Below, piece after piece: positions 52,304-60,969 of a DNA stretch of 64,000 bases. Source of the DNA: a virus. Below the pieces are notes generated by a model. That model had not been told where the DNA came from. It made no database searches and saw only the letters and a list, made by a program, of their open reading frames with translations. Position 1 is the stretch's first letter, and every line of letters begins with the position of its first letter. The translations under genes and the position numbers were made by a program. The stretch is taken from IMG/VR virus record IMGVR_UViG_3300025913_000027, positions 19,933 to 83,932 of that record; one strand, given 5' to 3'.

Positions 52304-53169
52304 TGGGCGTCAATGACGGAAGAGATACACGGGTCGCGGTCTGTTGCTACGAAGGCGACGGCCATCAAGTCATCGAAGCGCTGGAGTTCTTTCTCCATCA
52401 CGAGCTGCCGCTGACAGTGCTCTCCCCCGAGGACAGCAAGGTCGAGGTCAACTACCCCGGCGTCACGAGCCGCTTCGGCGGCAAGCGCGCCTACATCGGA
52501 CAGGACAGTCTCGACCGACAGGCCGAGCATCTCCGCCTCCTTCTTGAATTTCCCGAGAGTACGTTCCTGATCCATGACGCGGATAGCGTGCTCCTTGATC
52601 CTGTCCTTCCGCAATACCTCTACGACGAGCCGGACGTGGTGTGGTCGAACCAAGTCAACGATGCGATCCCCCAGCATCAATCGACCTTCAAGCCCGGATG
52701 GCCGCACGTCGCATTTCAGCCGCCGTACTTCCTGAGCCGAAAGACCATCGAAGCCATGCTGGCCGTGAAGGATCATCCGGACGTGCAGGCAACGCCGGTC
52801 ATGCCCTTTATCGATTACTACATGGTGCAGTTGACGATGGTCGCCGGGCTCCCATGGAAGCGGCTGCTCGACAGCATCTCATGCCCGATCTCCATCGATC
52901 TCCGCAAGAAGAACCCGCCAGCGGCGGACCTTCTCACGTATGAGCAGGGCTACAAGATCGCGATGGATAGCGTGCTCAACAAGGGGACGAACGTTCTTCA
53001 CTCCGTCAAGAACTCCGTCGCTATCCGCAATCTCGCTGCCGCGCGGCAAGAGTACCTACGCACGCATCCGGGCGCGGGCTCCAAATTCTTCCCTGCCCCC
53101 AAGATCGGGAGCGGTCCACTCGACGTGACCGGCCAGATGCCGCTCAACAACGTCGGGCAGAAAGCCTAA
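52303..53169 (+). CDS. Putative GT-A glycosyltransferase-like protein
   Basis: FLIHDADS (DxD) motif, QPPYFLSR; between gmd and fcl-like gene. Confidence 0.5.
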   Translation: MGVNDGRDTRVAVCCYEGDGHQVIEALEFFLHHELPLTVLSPEDSKVEVNYPGVTSRFGGKRAYIGQDSLDRQAEHLRLLLEFPESTFLIHDADSVLLDPVLPQYLYDEPDVVWSNQVNDAIPQHQSTFKPGWPHVAFQPPYFLSRKTIEAMLAVKDHPDVQATPVMPFIDYYMVQLTMVAGLPWKRLLDSISCPISIDLRKKNPPAADLLTYEQGYKIAMDSVLNKGTNVLHSVKNSVAIRNLAAARQEYLRTHPGAGSKFFPAPKIGSGPLDVTGQMPLNNVGQKA

Positions 53170-53181
53170 CGGAGATCGAAG

Positions 53182-54048
53182 ATGCTCGACCTGTCCCGCG
53201 TCACCCTTCTCTTTGTCGAGACCCGTGCCCACGACATCACCAAGCGAGTGATCGACGACTGCCTAACCAAGGCGACCTTTGGCGACGTGCTGATCTACTC
53301 CGATCAGCCCGAGCGCATCCCGGTCGAGGGCGCGCGGTACGAGATCGTGCCGGACTGGCCGACCAAGAAGGAGGCCGGGCAGTTCTACTACTCGGCCGCC
53401 ATGAGCAAGGTCGAGACCGACTTCGCGCTCATGCTGGAATGGGACGGCGGTATCGTCGATCCCAAGAAGTGGGTCCCCGAGTTTTTCGACTACGACTACA
53501 TTGGGGCTCCGTGGGTTGTGCGTCCGGGCGACCCTTACGATGTCGGCAACGGCGGCTTCACACTGATGTCGAAGCGCCTCGGGCACTTCTTGTGCGAGAA
53601 CCGAGCTACTCATCCGGTCGCAACTGACTGGGATGTGTGCCGCATTCAGCGTCGCACGCTCGAAGACAAGTTCAAGTGGCCAACCGCTGCGCTCGCGTCC
53701 CGGTTCTCGTGGGAGCTGGCCCCGCGCGACCCAAACAACTTCGGCTTCCACGGCGCGTTCCGCTGGACCGAGCTGCTCTCTCGCGAGGAAGTCCTCATCC
53801 GGGCTAAGATGATGAACACGCCCTACCTCCTGACCAAGATGAAGGACATCTTCCGATACGATCAGGCGAGATGGCTTCGCGAAGCGCTCGGAGGCGAGGT
53901 GCCGAGTAACCATCCTCCATATCCCGGCTTCGTTCAACCTAAATTCCCCGGTGTGATGTCGGCCCAGCAGCGTGCGGCGATGCAGTTGATGCAGGCGCAA
54001 CGGCGCGGGCTCGTCACTCATCAACAGAATAAGGGCCTCAAGGCATAA
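53182..54048 (+). CDS. DUF5672-like glycosyltransferase
   Basis: EWDG, FFDYDYIGAPW, VGNGGFTLMSKR, A.RFS.E, FGFHG. Confidence 0.8.
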   Translation: MLDLSRVTLLFVETRAHDITKRVIDDCLTKATFGDVLIYSDQPERIPVEGARYEIVPDWPTKKEAGQFYYSAAMSKVETDFALMLEWDGGIVDPKKWVPEFFDYDYIGAPWVVRPGDPYDVGNGGFTLMSKRLGHFLCENRATHPVATDWDVCRIQRRTLEDKFKWPTAALASRFSWELAPRDPNNFGFHGAFRWTELLSREEVLIRAKMMNTPYLLTKMKDIFRYDQARWLREALGGEVPSNHPPYPGFVQPKFPGVMSAQQRAAMQLMQAQRRGLVTHQQNKGLKA

Positions 54049-54129
54049 AGGTTAATAGCATTTCGGGGCTTGACAGGACACCCCTAGCCCGAGAAGGATA
54101 GGGGAGCAAACTTTAGATAAGGTGCAACC

Positions 54130-55074
54130 ATGAAACGGAACTCGCCCATTGTGGTGACCGGGGCGGACGGGCTCGCCGGATCAGCCGTAGTCGAGCATCT
54201 CCGCCAAAATCTATTCACGTGTGTCGTACCGATCACGCGTCAGGATGTCGATCTTCGTGATCACAAGGCAGTCTGCGATCTCTTCGCCCGCCTCGGCGAC
54301 AACAACCCGCTCTATGTCTTCCATGCGGCGGCGACCGTCTACGGCCTCGGCGGTAACATGGCCAATCAGGGCAAGAGTATCCTAGATAACACGCTGATCA
54401 ATACCGCCGTGATCGATGCGGCCCAGCGCGTGGGCTGTCGTAAGATCACTGTCATGGGGACGAACGCTGCGTATCCGTGGCCCACTCCCATCCCCTTCAA
54501 AGAAGAGAACCTCTACAACGGTCGCCCGGACGCGGGAGAGTTCGGCTATGGCCACGCTAAGCGGCACATGCTGGCGATGCTCGAAGCCTACCAGCAGAGC
54601 TACGGACTGGAGTATTGCTACCTCGTCAGCGGCAACCTCTATGGCCCCCGCGACAAGTTCAACACAGAGACCGGCCACGTGCTGCCGTCTTTGATCAAGA
54701 AGTTCTCGACGGCGAGAGTAACCAGCGGCGAGGTTGAGATATGGGGAGATGGCTCGGCGACGCGGGACTTCCTCTATAGCAAGGACCTCGCGCGGCTCGT
54801 GCAGATGCTCATGTCGGAAGAACTCAAGCCCGGGCCGATCAATATCGGCAGCGGCGAAACAGTCAGCATCCGCTACCTTGTCGAGACCCTGTGTTCGATC
54901 TCCGGCGTCAGCGCGGATCGTGTCCGCTGGAATGCTTCGAAGCCAAGTGGCCGGGAAACCTGCTATGCGGACCTGTCGCGTATCGGGTCGCTCGGCTTTA
55001 CGCCCCAGTATGACATCCGCACCGGCCTCCGGGAGACGTGGGATTGGTTTGAGGCGAACCGGCGAGCGACTTAA
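54130..55074 (+). CDS. fcl: GDP-L-fucose synthase-family epimerase/reductase (atypical)
   Basis: GADGLAG, HAAA.V.G.GGN, YGHAK (YxxxK), NLYGP.D.F....HVLP.LI.KF, WGDGS.TRDFLY. Confidence 0.75.
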   Translation: MKRNSPIVVTGADGLAGSAVVEHLRQNLFTCVVPITRQDVDLRDHKAVCDLFARLGDNNPLYVFHAAATVYGLGGNMANQGKSILDNTLINTAVIDAAQRVGCRKITVMGTNAAYPWPTPIPFKEENLYNGRPDAGEFGYGHAKRHMLAMLEAYQQSYGLEYCYLVSGNLYGPRDKFNTETGHVLPSLIKKFSTARVTSGEVEIWGDGSATRDFLYSKDLARLVQMLMSEELKPGPINIGSGETVSIRYLVETLCSISGVSADRVRWNASKPSGRETCYADLSRIGSLGFTPQYDIRTGLRETWDWFEANRRAT

Positions 55075-55154
55075 TTTAGCGCCCTATCCGGCTTGACACA
55101 GAACGTGGTTACCGCTACACGTGGAGGGTTCCCATCCCCGCGAAAGGCCTCCCC

Positions 55155-55481
55155 ATGTTCTCATTCCTGACAAACTTCAATCTTGCTCTCGGCGGAGCGG
55201 TCATCGCCTTCGCCGCTGGCGTCGTGCTTTCGACAAAGGTCAAGGACTTCTTCAAGGGCATCCCGGCGCAAGCTCGTGCCGCGCTCAACAATGTCGAAGC
55301 GGATACAATCGCCAAGATCAGAGGCGCGCAGGCTCAGGTCCTCGCGCAACTCCCGAGTGCTCCGGCCGCGAAAGCTCCGCTCGCTCCGGCCCCGGTCGCC
55401 CCAGCTCAGGCTCCGGTCGCCACGGCTCCGGCTCAAGCTCCGGTCGCCCCCGCTGCAAAGCCCGACGCTCCGGCAGCGTAA
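55155..55481 (+). CDS. Membrane protein with Pro/Ala-rich tail
   Basis: N-terminal TM helix; promoter TTGACA at 55093. Confidence 0.65.
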   Translation: MFSFLTNFNLALGGAVIAFAAGVVLSTKVKDFFKGIPAQARAALNNVEADTIAKIRGAQAQVLAQLPSAPAAKAPLAPAPVAPAQAPVATAPAQAPVAPAAKPDAPAA

Positions 55482-55547
55482 TCTCCGCAATCCATGAAGA
55501 GATTAGCACGCCTAATCTCTTCACTAGTCTTCTTGGGGGACTGATCC

Positions 55548-56390
55548 ATGGCCTTGAACACGTACAAGCCATTCGTTGATCGCATGATCAGCAAGTATGA
55601 AGGTGGCTATGGTTGGAACCCGAAGGATACGGGCGGCCCGACCAAGTACGGTATCACGTGCTACGACCTCGCCGAGTTCATGGGCCAGAAGATGAACTCA
55701 ATGTCGCAGTGGGCTCCTATCGTCCGCGCGATGACGCTCGCGACTGCTGAGCAGATTTATAAGAATAAGTACGCCACTGCGATCAACTACGATGCGCTCC
55801 CCGCCGGAGTGGATGTCGAGATGATGGACTATGGCGTCAACTCCGGGACCGCTCGACCGCTGCGCGTTGTGCGCGCGATCCTCGGCGTCCCCGGCCCCGC
55901 CGTCATGGATCAGAAACTTCTCGACGCCATCCGCAAGGCCGATCCCGCCAAACTGATCGCCCAGATCACCGCAGAGCGGTTACAGTTCATGCACGCCATC
56001 CGAAATGGCTCCGCGTGGGCTGAGTTCGGAGGCGGCTGGAGCGCTCGCGTAGCGGACCTCAAGGCCTATGCCCTGCATCTCTTGGCCGGGGTCGGCTCGA
56101 CCGGCGAACCCACCGCTCCTGACCTCACGAAGGTCTCGACGCCGAAAGCTCGGCACGGAGACCCGGCTCTCGGGAAGAAGACGACTAGCGGCACCGTGGG
56201 CGGCGTAGCCGGAACCGCTGGCACGCATTTCGCTGGCGCACCGCTGGAGCTTATCCTCATCATCGGCGGCTTCATCGTCGTCGGCGGCTTCGCCTATTTC
56301 ATGTATCAGAAGCAAAAGGCCGACAAGCTCAACGCGACGGTTGTGCTGCCCCCGCCGGTCCTCCCAGCGCTACAGGTGCCCCATGTCTAA
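55548..56390 (+). CDS. Endolysin, glycoside hydrolase family 108, with C-terminal TM segment
   Basis: YEGGY...KDTGGPTKYGIT, Y...Y, LPAGVD..MMDYGVNSG, FGGGWSARV. Confidence 0.9.
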   Translation: MALNTYKPFVDRMISKYEGGYGWNPKDTGGPTKYGITCYDLAEFMGQKMNSMSQWAPIVRAMTLATAEQIYKNKYATAINYDALPAGVDVEMMDYGVNSGTARPLRVVRAILGVPGPAVMDQKLLDAIRKADPAKLIAQITAERLQFMHAIRNGSAWAEFGGGWSARVADLKAYALHLLAGVGSTGEPTAPDLTKVSTPKARHGDPALGKKTTSGTVGGVAGTAGTHFAGAPLELILIIGGFIVVGGFAYFMYQKQKADKLNATVVLPPPVLPALQVPHV

Positions 56391-56871
56391 TCTCGACCCG
56401 CATACCCTCGCCAACTATCTTCTGCCCGCCCTGATCGTCTTCACGGTCGCCGTGGCGTATTGGTTCGGCGTGCGCCCAGTGCTGCGCGAGACCCCGGTCC
56501 TTCGCGACCTGTACGACACCGAGGCGAGCTACTTCAAGGCCGTCGCCATCAAGTTCTCTGGCGTCAAGCAGAAGCTCACGACGATCTTCCTGTCGGCCGC
56601 CAGCTTTATCGTGCTCGCTCACGACGAACTCGCGCCGCTCGTCACGCAAGCTGGCGTCGATCCCTCGCAATACCTGCCCAAGGTTCCGACGTGGGCGTGG
56701 CCCCTGATCACGCTGGCCGTCCTTTGGCTTGTGCAGTATTTCCGTAGCCTCGCCGACAGCGCCGCGCACAAGAATGCCGAGGCTCTGCTCAATGCGGGTC
56801 AGCCGCTCGCCGCCCCAGCGCCCGGGATCACAGTCCTGCCGTCTCCTGCGTTTCCAGACAAGGTTTCCTGA
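56383..56871 (+). CDS. Holin-like membrane protein
   Basis: Three hydrophobic segments, next to endolysin. Confidence 0.55.
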   Translation: MSNLDPHTLANYLLPALIVFTVAVAYWFGVRPVLRETPVLRDLYDTEASYFKAVAIKFSGVKQKLTTIFLSAASFIVLAHDELAPLVTQAGVDPSQYLPKVPTWAWPLITLAVLWLVQYFRSLADSAAHKNAEALLNAGQPLAAPAPGITVLPSPAFPDKVS

Positions 56872-56873
56872 TC

Positions 56874-57320
56874 ATGTGGCTCTCCCTCATCACCGCCATT
56901 CCATCTATTCTCGGGCAGCTCTTTGGCACTGTCAATGGGATCACCAAGGCCATTGCCGACGAGAAGATCGCAGGCATCAACGCGACGACCGAGCAGGAGC
57001 GTATCCACTCGGCCGAGCGCGTACAGACATTGCAGGCCAAGCGAGACCTGATGATCGCGGAGGCCGGAACTTCGCGGCTCAACATCATCGTGCGTTCCGT
57101 TATCGCTCTTGGGCCAGCAACGATCCTGACGAAGCTGTTCATCTGGGACAAGGTCATCGGTTCCCTAGTCGGCTGTTCCCAAGCTCCGAGGGGAACCTGC
57201 GGAATTTTCACTACTGACCCGCTTGACGTAAATCAGTGGCAAATCGTTATGATAGTGGTCGGCTTCTATTTCCTCTATGAGGGCGCGACCGCCGTTACTC
57301 GAATGGCAAAATCGAGGTGA
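56874..57320 (+). CDS. Holin-like (3TM) membrane protein
   Basis: Amphipathic N-terminus, IVVGFYF C-terminal TM. Confidence 0.6.
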   Translation: MWLSLITAIPSILGQLFGTVNGITKAIADEKIAGINATTEQERIHSAERVQTLQAKRDLMIAEAGTSRLNIIVRSVIALGPATILTKLFIWDKVIGSLVGCSQAPRGTCGIFTTDPLDVNQWQIVMIVVGFYFLYEGATAVTRMAKSR

Positions 57321-57323
57321 GCT

Positions 57324-57533
57324 ATGCCCATTATCCTCGCAGCGTGCTTTCTGTTTATCTTCTGTTCGGGGCATCACCACAAGTCGCCCAGTCGGGTCGC
57401 GGATCGTAACTGCGACAAGATCGTAGCTGCCTATCACTTTGCCGATAAGAGCCGGGACGATTTCGTCAGCTCCTATCCAGTCGCACGTCAGCATCGTGTG
57501 TTAGTTTGCTTAGACAAGGCCGGGGGACAGTAA
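57324..57533 (+). CDS. Small exported/lipoprotein-like protein
   Basis: Hydrophobic N-terminus with Cys; GAGG SD. Confidence 0.5.
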   Translation: MPIILAACFLFIFCSGHHHKSPSRVADRNCDKIVAAYHFADKSRDDFVSSYPVARQHRVLVCLDKAGGQ

Positions 57534-57755
57534 ATGAGCGGGGATGCAGAAACCCAAAGGCTGCTCGGCGCGCTTAACGCCAACGTCACCTCCTTGATTG
57601 AGCGGCAAGACCGAATGGAGAAGAAGCTCGACAGCGTCGTCGCTATGACGAACCGCTGGAAGGGCGCGACAACCATTCTCATCGTTCTCGGCGGCATCAT
57701 CGGCTGGGCCGGGAATTTCGTTCTGCGATTTCTCCCCAGCAACCATAGTGGATAG
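57534..57755 (+). CDS. Small coiled-coil + TM protein
   Basis: LGAL.A.V..L...Q, WKGA + TM. Confidence 0.65.
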   Translation: MSGDAETQRLLGALNANVTSLIERQDRMEKKLDSVVAMTNRWKGATTILIVLGGIIGWAGNFVLRFLPSNHSG

Positions 57756-57758
57756 CGC

Positions 57759-58238
57759 ATGATTTATCCGTTCGCGAAGTTCTATGACAATGGGACGTGG
57801 GCCACGCTTGTCTTGAATGTCTCGTCTGGGGCCGCGCTGTTGTTCGCCGCAGCGTGGTTCTCCTATACGCTGTTCTCGGCCCGAGATGCGGAGCTGCCCC
57901 CGCGCGTCGTAAACAGCATCACAATCGAACCATCGATCCTGCTCGCGGGCAAGCCGTTCAATGCGAACATCAACGTCACGCTCAACCGGCTCTGCCCATA
58001 TGAGGTCCAGTGGTCTCTCGTGCGCCAGAGCGATGGCGTCGAGGTCGTCAAGATCATTGAGCCGCTCAAGCCGCCCCCGACCCAGCTCGGCACTCAGGAC
58101 TTGCCGCCGAGCCCGCGTTACGTTCCCTCCAGTGTAGAGCCGGGCGCGTACAAGTATGTCTCGGAGGTCTATGATCTCTGTCCGGACGGGAAGACCTACA
58201 CCTCGGTCCGGCGCAATCTCCCGATTACGATCCGCTGA
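57759..58238 (+). CDS. Membrane-anchored periplasmic protein
   Basis: TM helix then beta domain with two Cys. Confidence 0.65.
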   Translation: MIYPFAKFYDNGTWATLVLNVSSGAALLFAAAWFSYTLFSARDAELPPRVVNSITIEPSILLAGKPFNANINVTLNRLCPYEVQWSLVRQSDGVEVVKIIEPLKPPPTQLGTQDLPPSPRYVPSSVEPGAYKYVSEVYDLCPDGKTYTSVRRNLPITIR

Positions 58239-58244
58239 CAAGAG

Positions 58245-58276
58245 AAAGACCCCAGAGATCGCTCTCTGGGGCCTTT
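58245..58276. terminator. Bidirectional intrinsic terminator
   Basis: AAAG-CCCCAGAGA-tcgc-TCTCTGGGG-CTTT between convergent units. Confidence 0.75.
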
Positions 58277-58746
58277 ACGTTCCTCGAAGAGCAGTTACGC
58301 TCTTATGTCCCGTGGGCAACAACCCCACGCCGCGTATCGAGCGAACGGAACCTTACCGGGCCTTGGGCATGTGGGCTGCGTCCCCCTTGCCAACAAGCGC
58401 GCACCGGATTTCTGCGCGCCTGCCCTGCTATCTTTGCGCCTCACTGGAGTTTCTCACAGGGTAGTCTCCAGATCGTCCGGCGTAACCTTACTTCATTGGC
58501 CGTCTCCCTTGTGTGCCTCAGAACTTAGCGCGCCATCCCGGATAGGGCAAGCCCCCAATCATTCGGATGGTTAATCTAGTGCTACCCTCTCCCCGAGGGC
58601 CTCGAATTTTGTCGGGGTCTCCTAAGACGGTTCCTTTCCTCGGGCGAGCCGAGGCTGGAGGGAACCGCCGACCATCTTTCTATCCCCGACCGTTTGAACG
58701 GTCCTTGCGAGAAGGCGTTTGGCCGGGCATCAAACCCGGGGACGCG
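58277..58746 (-). ncRNA. Candidate large structured non-coding RNA (~470 nt)
   Basis: Promoter TTGACT-18-TAAGAA (58782..58753), many nested stems, ends at terminator, no convincing ORF. Confidence 0.5.
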
Positions 58747-58778
58747 GGCGAGTTCTTAGCCCGCTCCCCGGGTTGAAG

Positions 58779-59297
58779 TCAAGCCCCTATTTGCCGGGCC
58801 AGCCGAGCCCGCTGGCGCGTCAGCTTCCGCAGGGCCGTCTCTGCCCGGCGGAGCTTCGTAGTCCAACGCTTGAGGCTGGCGTCGAGCCTGACGATACGCC
58901 CCGGCTTGGGGCGGGGCGTACCCAGTTTGGGGCGCAATCGACCGTCCAACCATCCCGACTTGATCACGTAGGCAACCATCTCCTTTTCGAGGAAGTGATG
59001 GTTGGCTCCGTGGGGCTTCGCCCGGGGGAATTGCTCCCGATGGCAGTAGTGGCTCATCATATGCACGAGATCGCGCCAGCCGCCGTGTAGCCCGTCGCCC
59101 CGGGCCGGGTTAACGTAGAAGGTCCGGCCGCGCGGCCACGTGTAGCGCCGCCCCGAGGTCAGCTTCCAAGTTCCCTTCCATGCTCGCTTCATCGCGAAAC
59201 GGTAGAGCCGCTTCGCAGCGGCGACCGCTTCGGGACCTGTCAGCTCCGGAACATCCTCCGGCCACTGACCATTGACGGCATGATACCGCTCAGTCAT
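58779..59297 (-). CDS. Zincin/SprT-like putative metalloprotein
   Basis: DLVHMMSHYCH...PHG.NH; GGAG SD before ATG 59297. Confidence 0.55.
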   Translation of the reverse strand: MTERYHAVNGQWPEDVPELTGPEAVAAAKRLYRFAMKRAWKGTWKLTSGRRYTWPRGRTFYVNPARGDGLHGGWRDLVHMMSHYCHREQFPRAKPHGANHHFLEKEMVAYVIKSGWLDGRLRPKLGTPRPKPGRIVRLDASLKRWTTKLRRAETALRKLTRQRARLARQIGA

Positions 59298-59565
59298 TCG
59301 TTCTCTCCACGTTTTCAAACAGCCCGCGCATCTCGTGCGCGTGAGGAGAGTATAGCAAATCGACTTTTGGGATTTTCGGATTTTGATCTACAATTACCGA
59401 TCACGACCCCGGTTTGATTGGGTATCCTGTATCAAAAAGTTTTTCTTGACACGACCGATGCTGGAGAAGTTGAACGCCATAGCAGCTATGCAACGTGAGA
59501 AGTCACTGCGGCTCTGGAGTAACATTTTGTGATATCGGGCTCTGCGCGCTCGTCGCGCGGGACTG

Positions 59566-59739
59566 TCATTTCGAGCCCCGCTCCACTGCTACGACATGGT
59601 GTTTGGCGGGAACGTATTGCTTGACGACAACCTCCATGTGTCGCCACCGCCTATAGATCGAAAGGTCAATCGGGACTTCGATCCATCTTCCTTCGTTATT
59701 CGGCTCGGCATCCGGGACAACCTTGATCCGCGCGCTCAT
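59566..59739 (-). CDS. Small hypothetical protein
   Basis: MSARIKVVPD..., ATGA overlap. Confidence 0.55.
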   Translation of the reverse strand: MSARIKVVPDAEPNNEGRWIEVPIDLSIYRRWRHMEVVVKQYVPAKHHVVAVERGSK

Positions 59740-60185
59740 AGGCCAAACTCCCCCAATGGTTTCAGCATCAGATACCACTCGCTGCCGAGATGGCGGACCT
59801 GAAAGAACCCGTGCTTCTGGTAGAACGCTCGCTCCTGAGAAATGACTTCGACGAGAGTGCAATCCTGATCATCGGCCTTCTGGAGGCAGGCCCCGAGCAG
59901 ATGCCTGCCGATAGCCTTTCCTCGGAGGTCGGGGTTCACGGCGAGCCAGATGATGTTGTGCGTGCATTGCATCGTGCGATGCACGGCAGCGAAACCGAGG
60001 AAGCTGTCTTTGCCGTCATCGGACGCGGCGACGAAAAAGTCGGGAGCGTATTTGCCGCCCTTGAAGCACTCGACGAATTGATCGTGGCACCGCTCAGCGG
60101 CGGCTCGACCCCAGTAGTGAGCGACGAGGTCCTTGCACGGATGCAGCTCGGTGTAGTGAGGCGGCCTAACGCGAACGAAAATCAT
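59736..60185 (-). CDS. GNAT acetyltransferase
   Basis: LAVNPDLRGKAIGRHLL acetyl-CoA motif; FYQKHGF. Confidence 0.85.
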   Translation of the reverse strand: MIFVRVRPPHYTELHPCKDLVAHYWGRAAAERCHDQFVECFKGGKYAPDFFVAASDDGKDSFLGFAAVHRTMQCTHNIIWLAVNPDLRGKAIGRHLLGACLQKADDQDCTLVEVISQERAFYQKHGFFQVRHLGSEWYLMLKPLGEFGL

Positions 60186-60192
60186 GGCGTCC

Positions 60193-60504
60193 TCACTTAT
60201 CGATGTGCTGATAAATTTCGGTCCGCTCCCGCGCGACGGGAGTGGGCCGAGCGTTATAGTAGAAAATCTGCCCCAGCCAGATCGCATTGGCGCTCACTAG
60301 GGCAACCCCGCCCCAGAAAGAGAACCATTGGTCGAGGTGCGGGTAGAAGTATAAATTCCACAACCCCCACGACGAAAAGAATGCGACGTGGAGCCACGAG
60401 ACGCCACGCACAGTCTTCTCGCGATGGAGCTTGATGATGGACAGAGCAATGAAGCCGCCGCCTAGGGTCTCATAGAGCCCATTGATCAGATCAGGGAGGT
60501 GCAT
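60193..60504 (-). CDS. PQ-loop/SemiSWEET-like 3-TM membrane protein
   Basis: KTVRGVSW..VAFF..WG.WN.YFY. Confidence 0.6.
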   Translation of the reverse strand: MHLPDLINGLYETLGGGFIALSIIKLHREKTVRGVSWLHVAFFSSWGLWNLYFYPHLDQWFSFWGGVALVSANAIWLGQIFYYNARPTPVARERTEIYQHIDK

Positions 60505-60927
60505 TTAGACCGGTCCCTCTCTACGCGAGCCGTCCTGAGTTGTGAGGGCATCGGCTTCCGATCTCCACTCATGCACTGTGTAAGGGTCCTCGCCGGGGCC
60601 GTGCATCGGCGCGAACGGCCGAAGCTTGTCAGGACCAAAGCACAGAGCCTCGCCGATCTCGTGGTTCATTGTGCGGAGGCACTGTTCGAAAATCCAGCGC
60701 CGCCACGACTTCTCGTTGTACGTTGTGATCGGGACAGGATGATAGTGGCTGATGGTCAGCTTGCGATCATGCGCGTAGTTATCGACGCCAGAGATCGTGA
60801 TGACGAGCCGAAGCGCACCGTCTTCGTCTTTGATCCGAAAGGACCAGCCCGGCTTACACTGGACCTCGGCGACGAGCCGTCTAAGAATATCGAAAGTGTC
60901 TTCTGCCACGATGCTCTCCGTCCACAT
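60505..60927 (-). CDS. Hypothetical protein
   Basis: HEIGE motif, RPFAPMHGPGEDPY; start uncertain. Confidence 0.6.
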   Translation of the reverse strand: MWTESIVAEDTFDILRRLVAEVQCKPGWSFRIKDEDGALRLVITISGVDNYAHDRKLTISHYHPVPITTYNEKSWRRWIFEQCLRTMNHEIGEALCFGPDKLRPFAPMHGPGEDPYTVHEWRSEADALTTQDGSRREGPV

Positions 60928-60969
60928 ACGACAGGGACCCGTGCTTGGTAGCGCGGGTCCCGGATATTG

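Noticed and set aside
48832-55074. Host LPS locus marking a prophage boundary
   Set aside because: Genes are coupled with virion genes (Ig-domain gene interleaved) and followed by phage lysis genes
58156-58776. Short plus-strand ORFs after the lysis genes
   Set aside because: Span or follow a terminator, lack SD, atypical composition; region better explained as structured RNA
59400-59560. Possible tRNA or small RNA in this intergenic gap
   Set aside because: No cloverleaf, T-loop or CCA end; looks like promoter DNA
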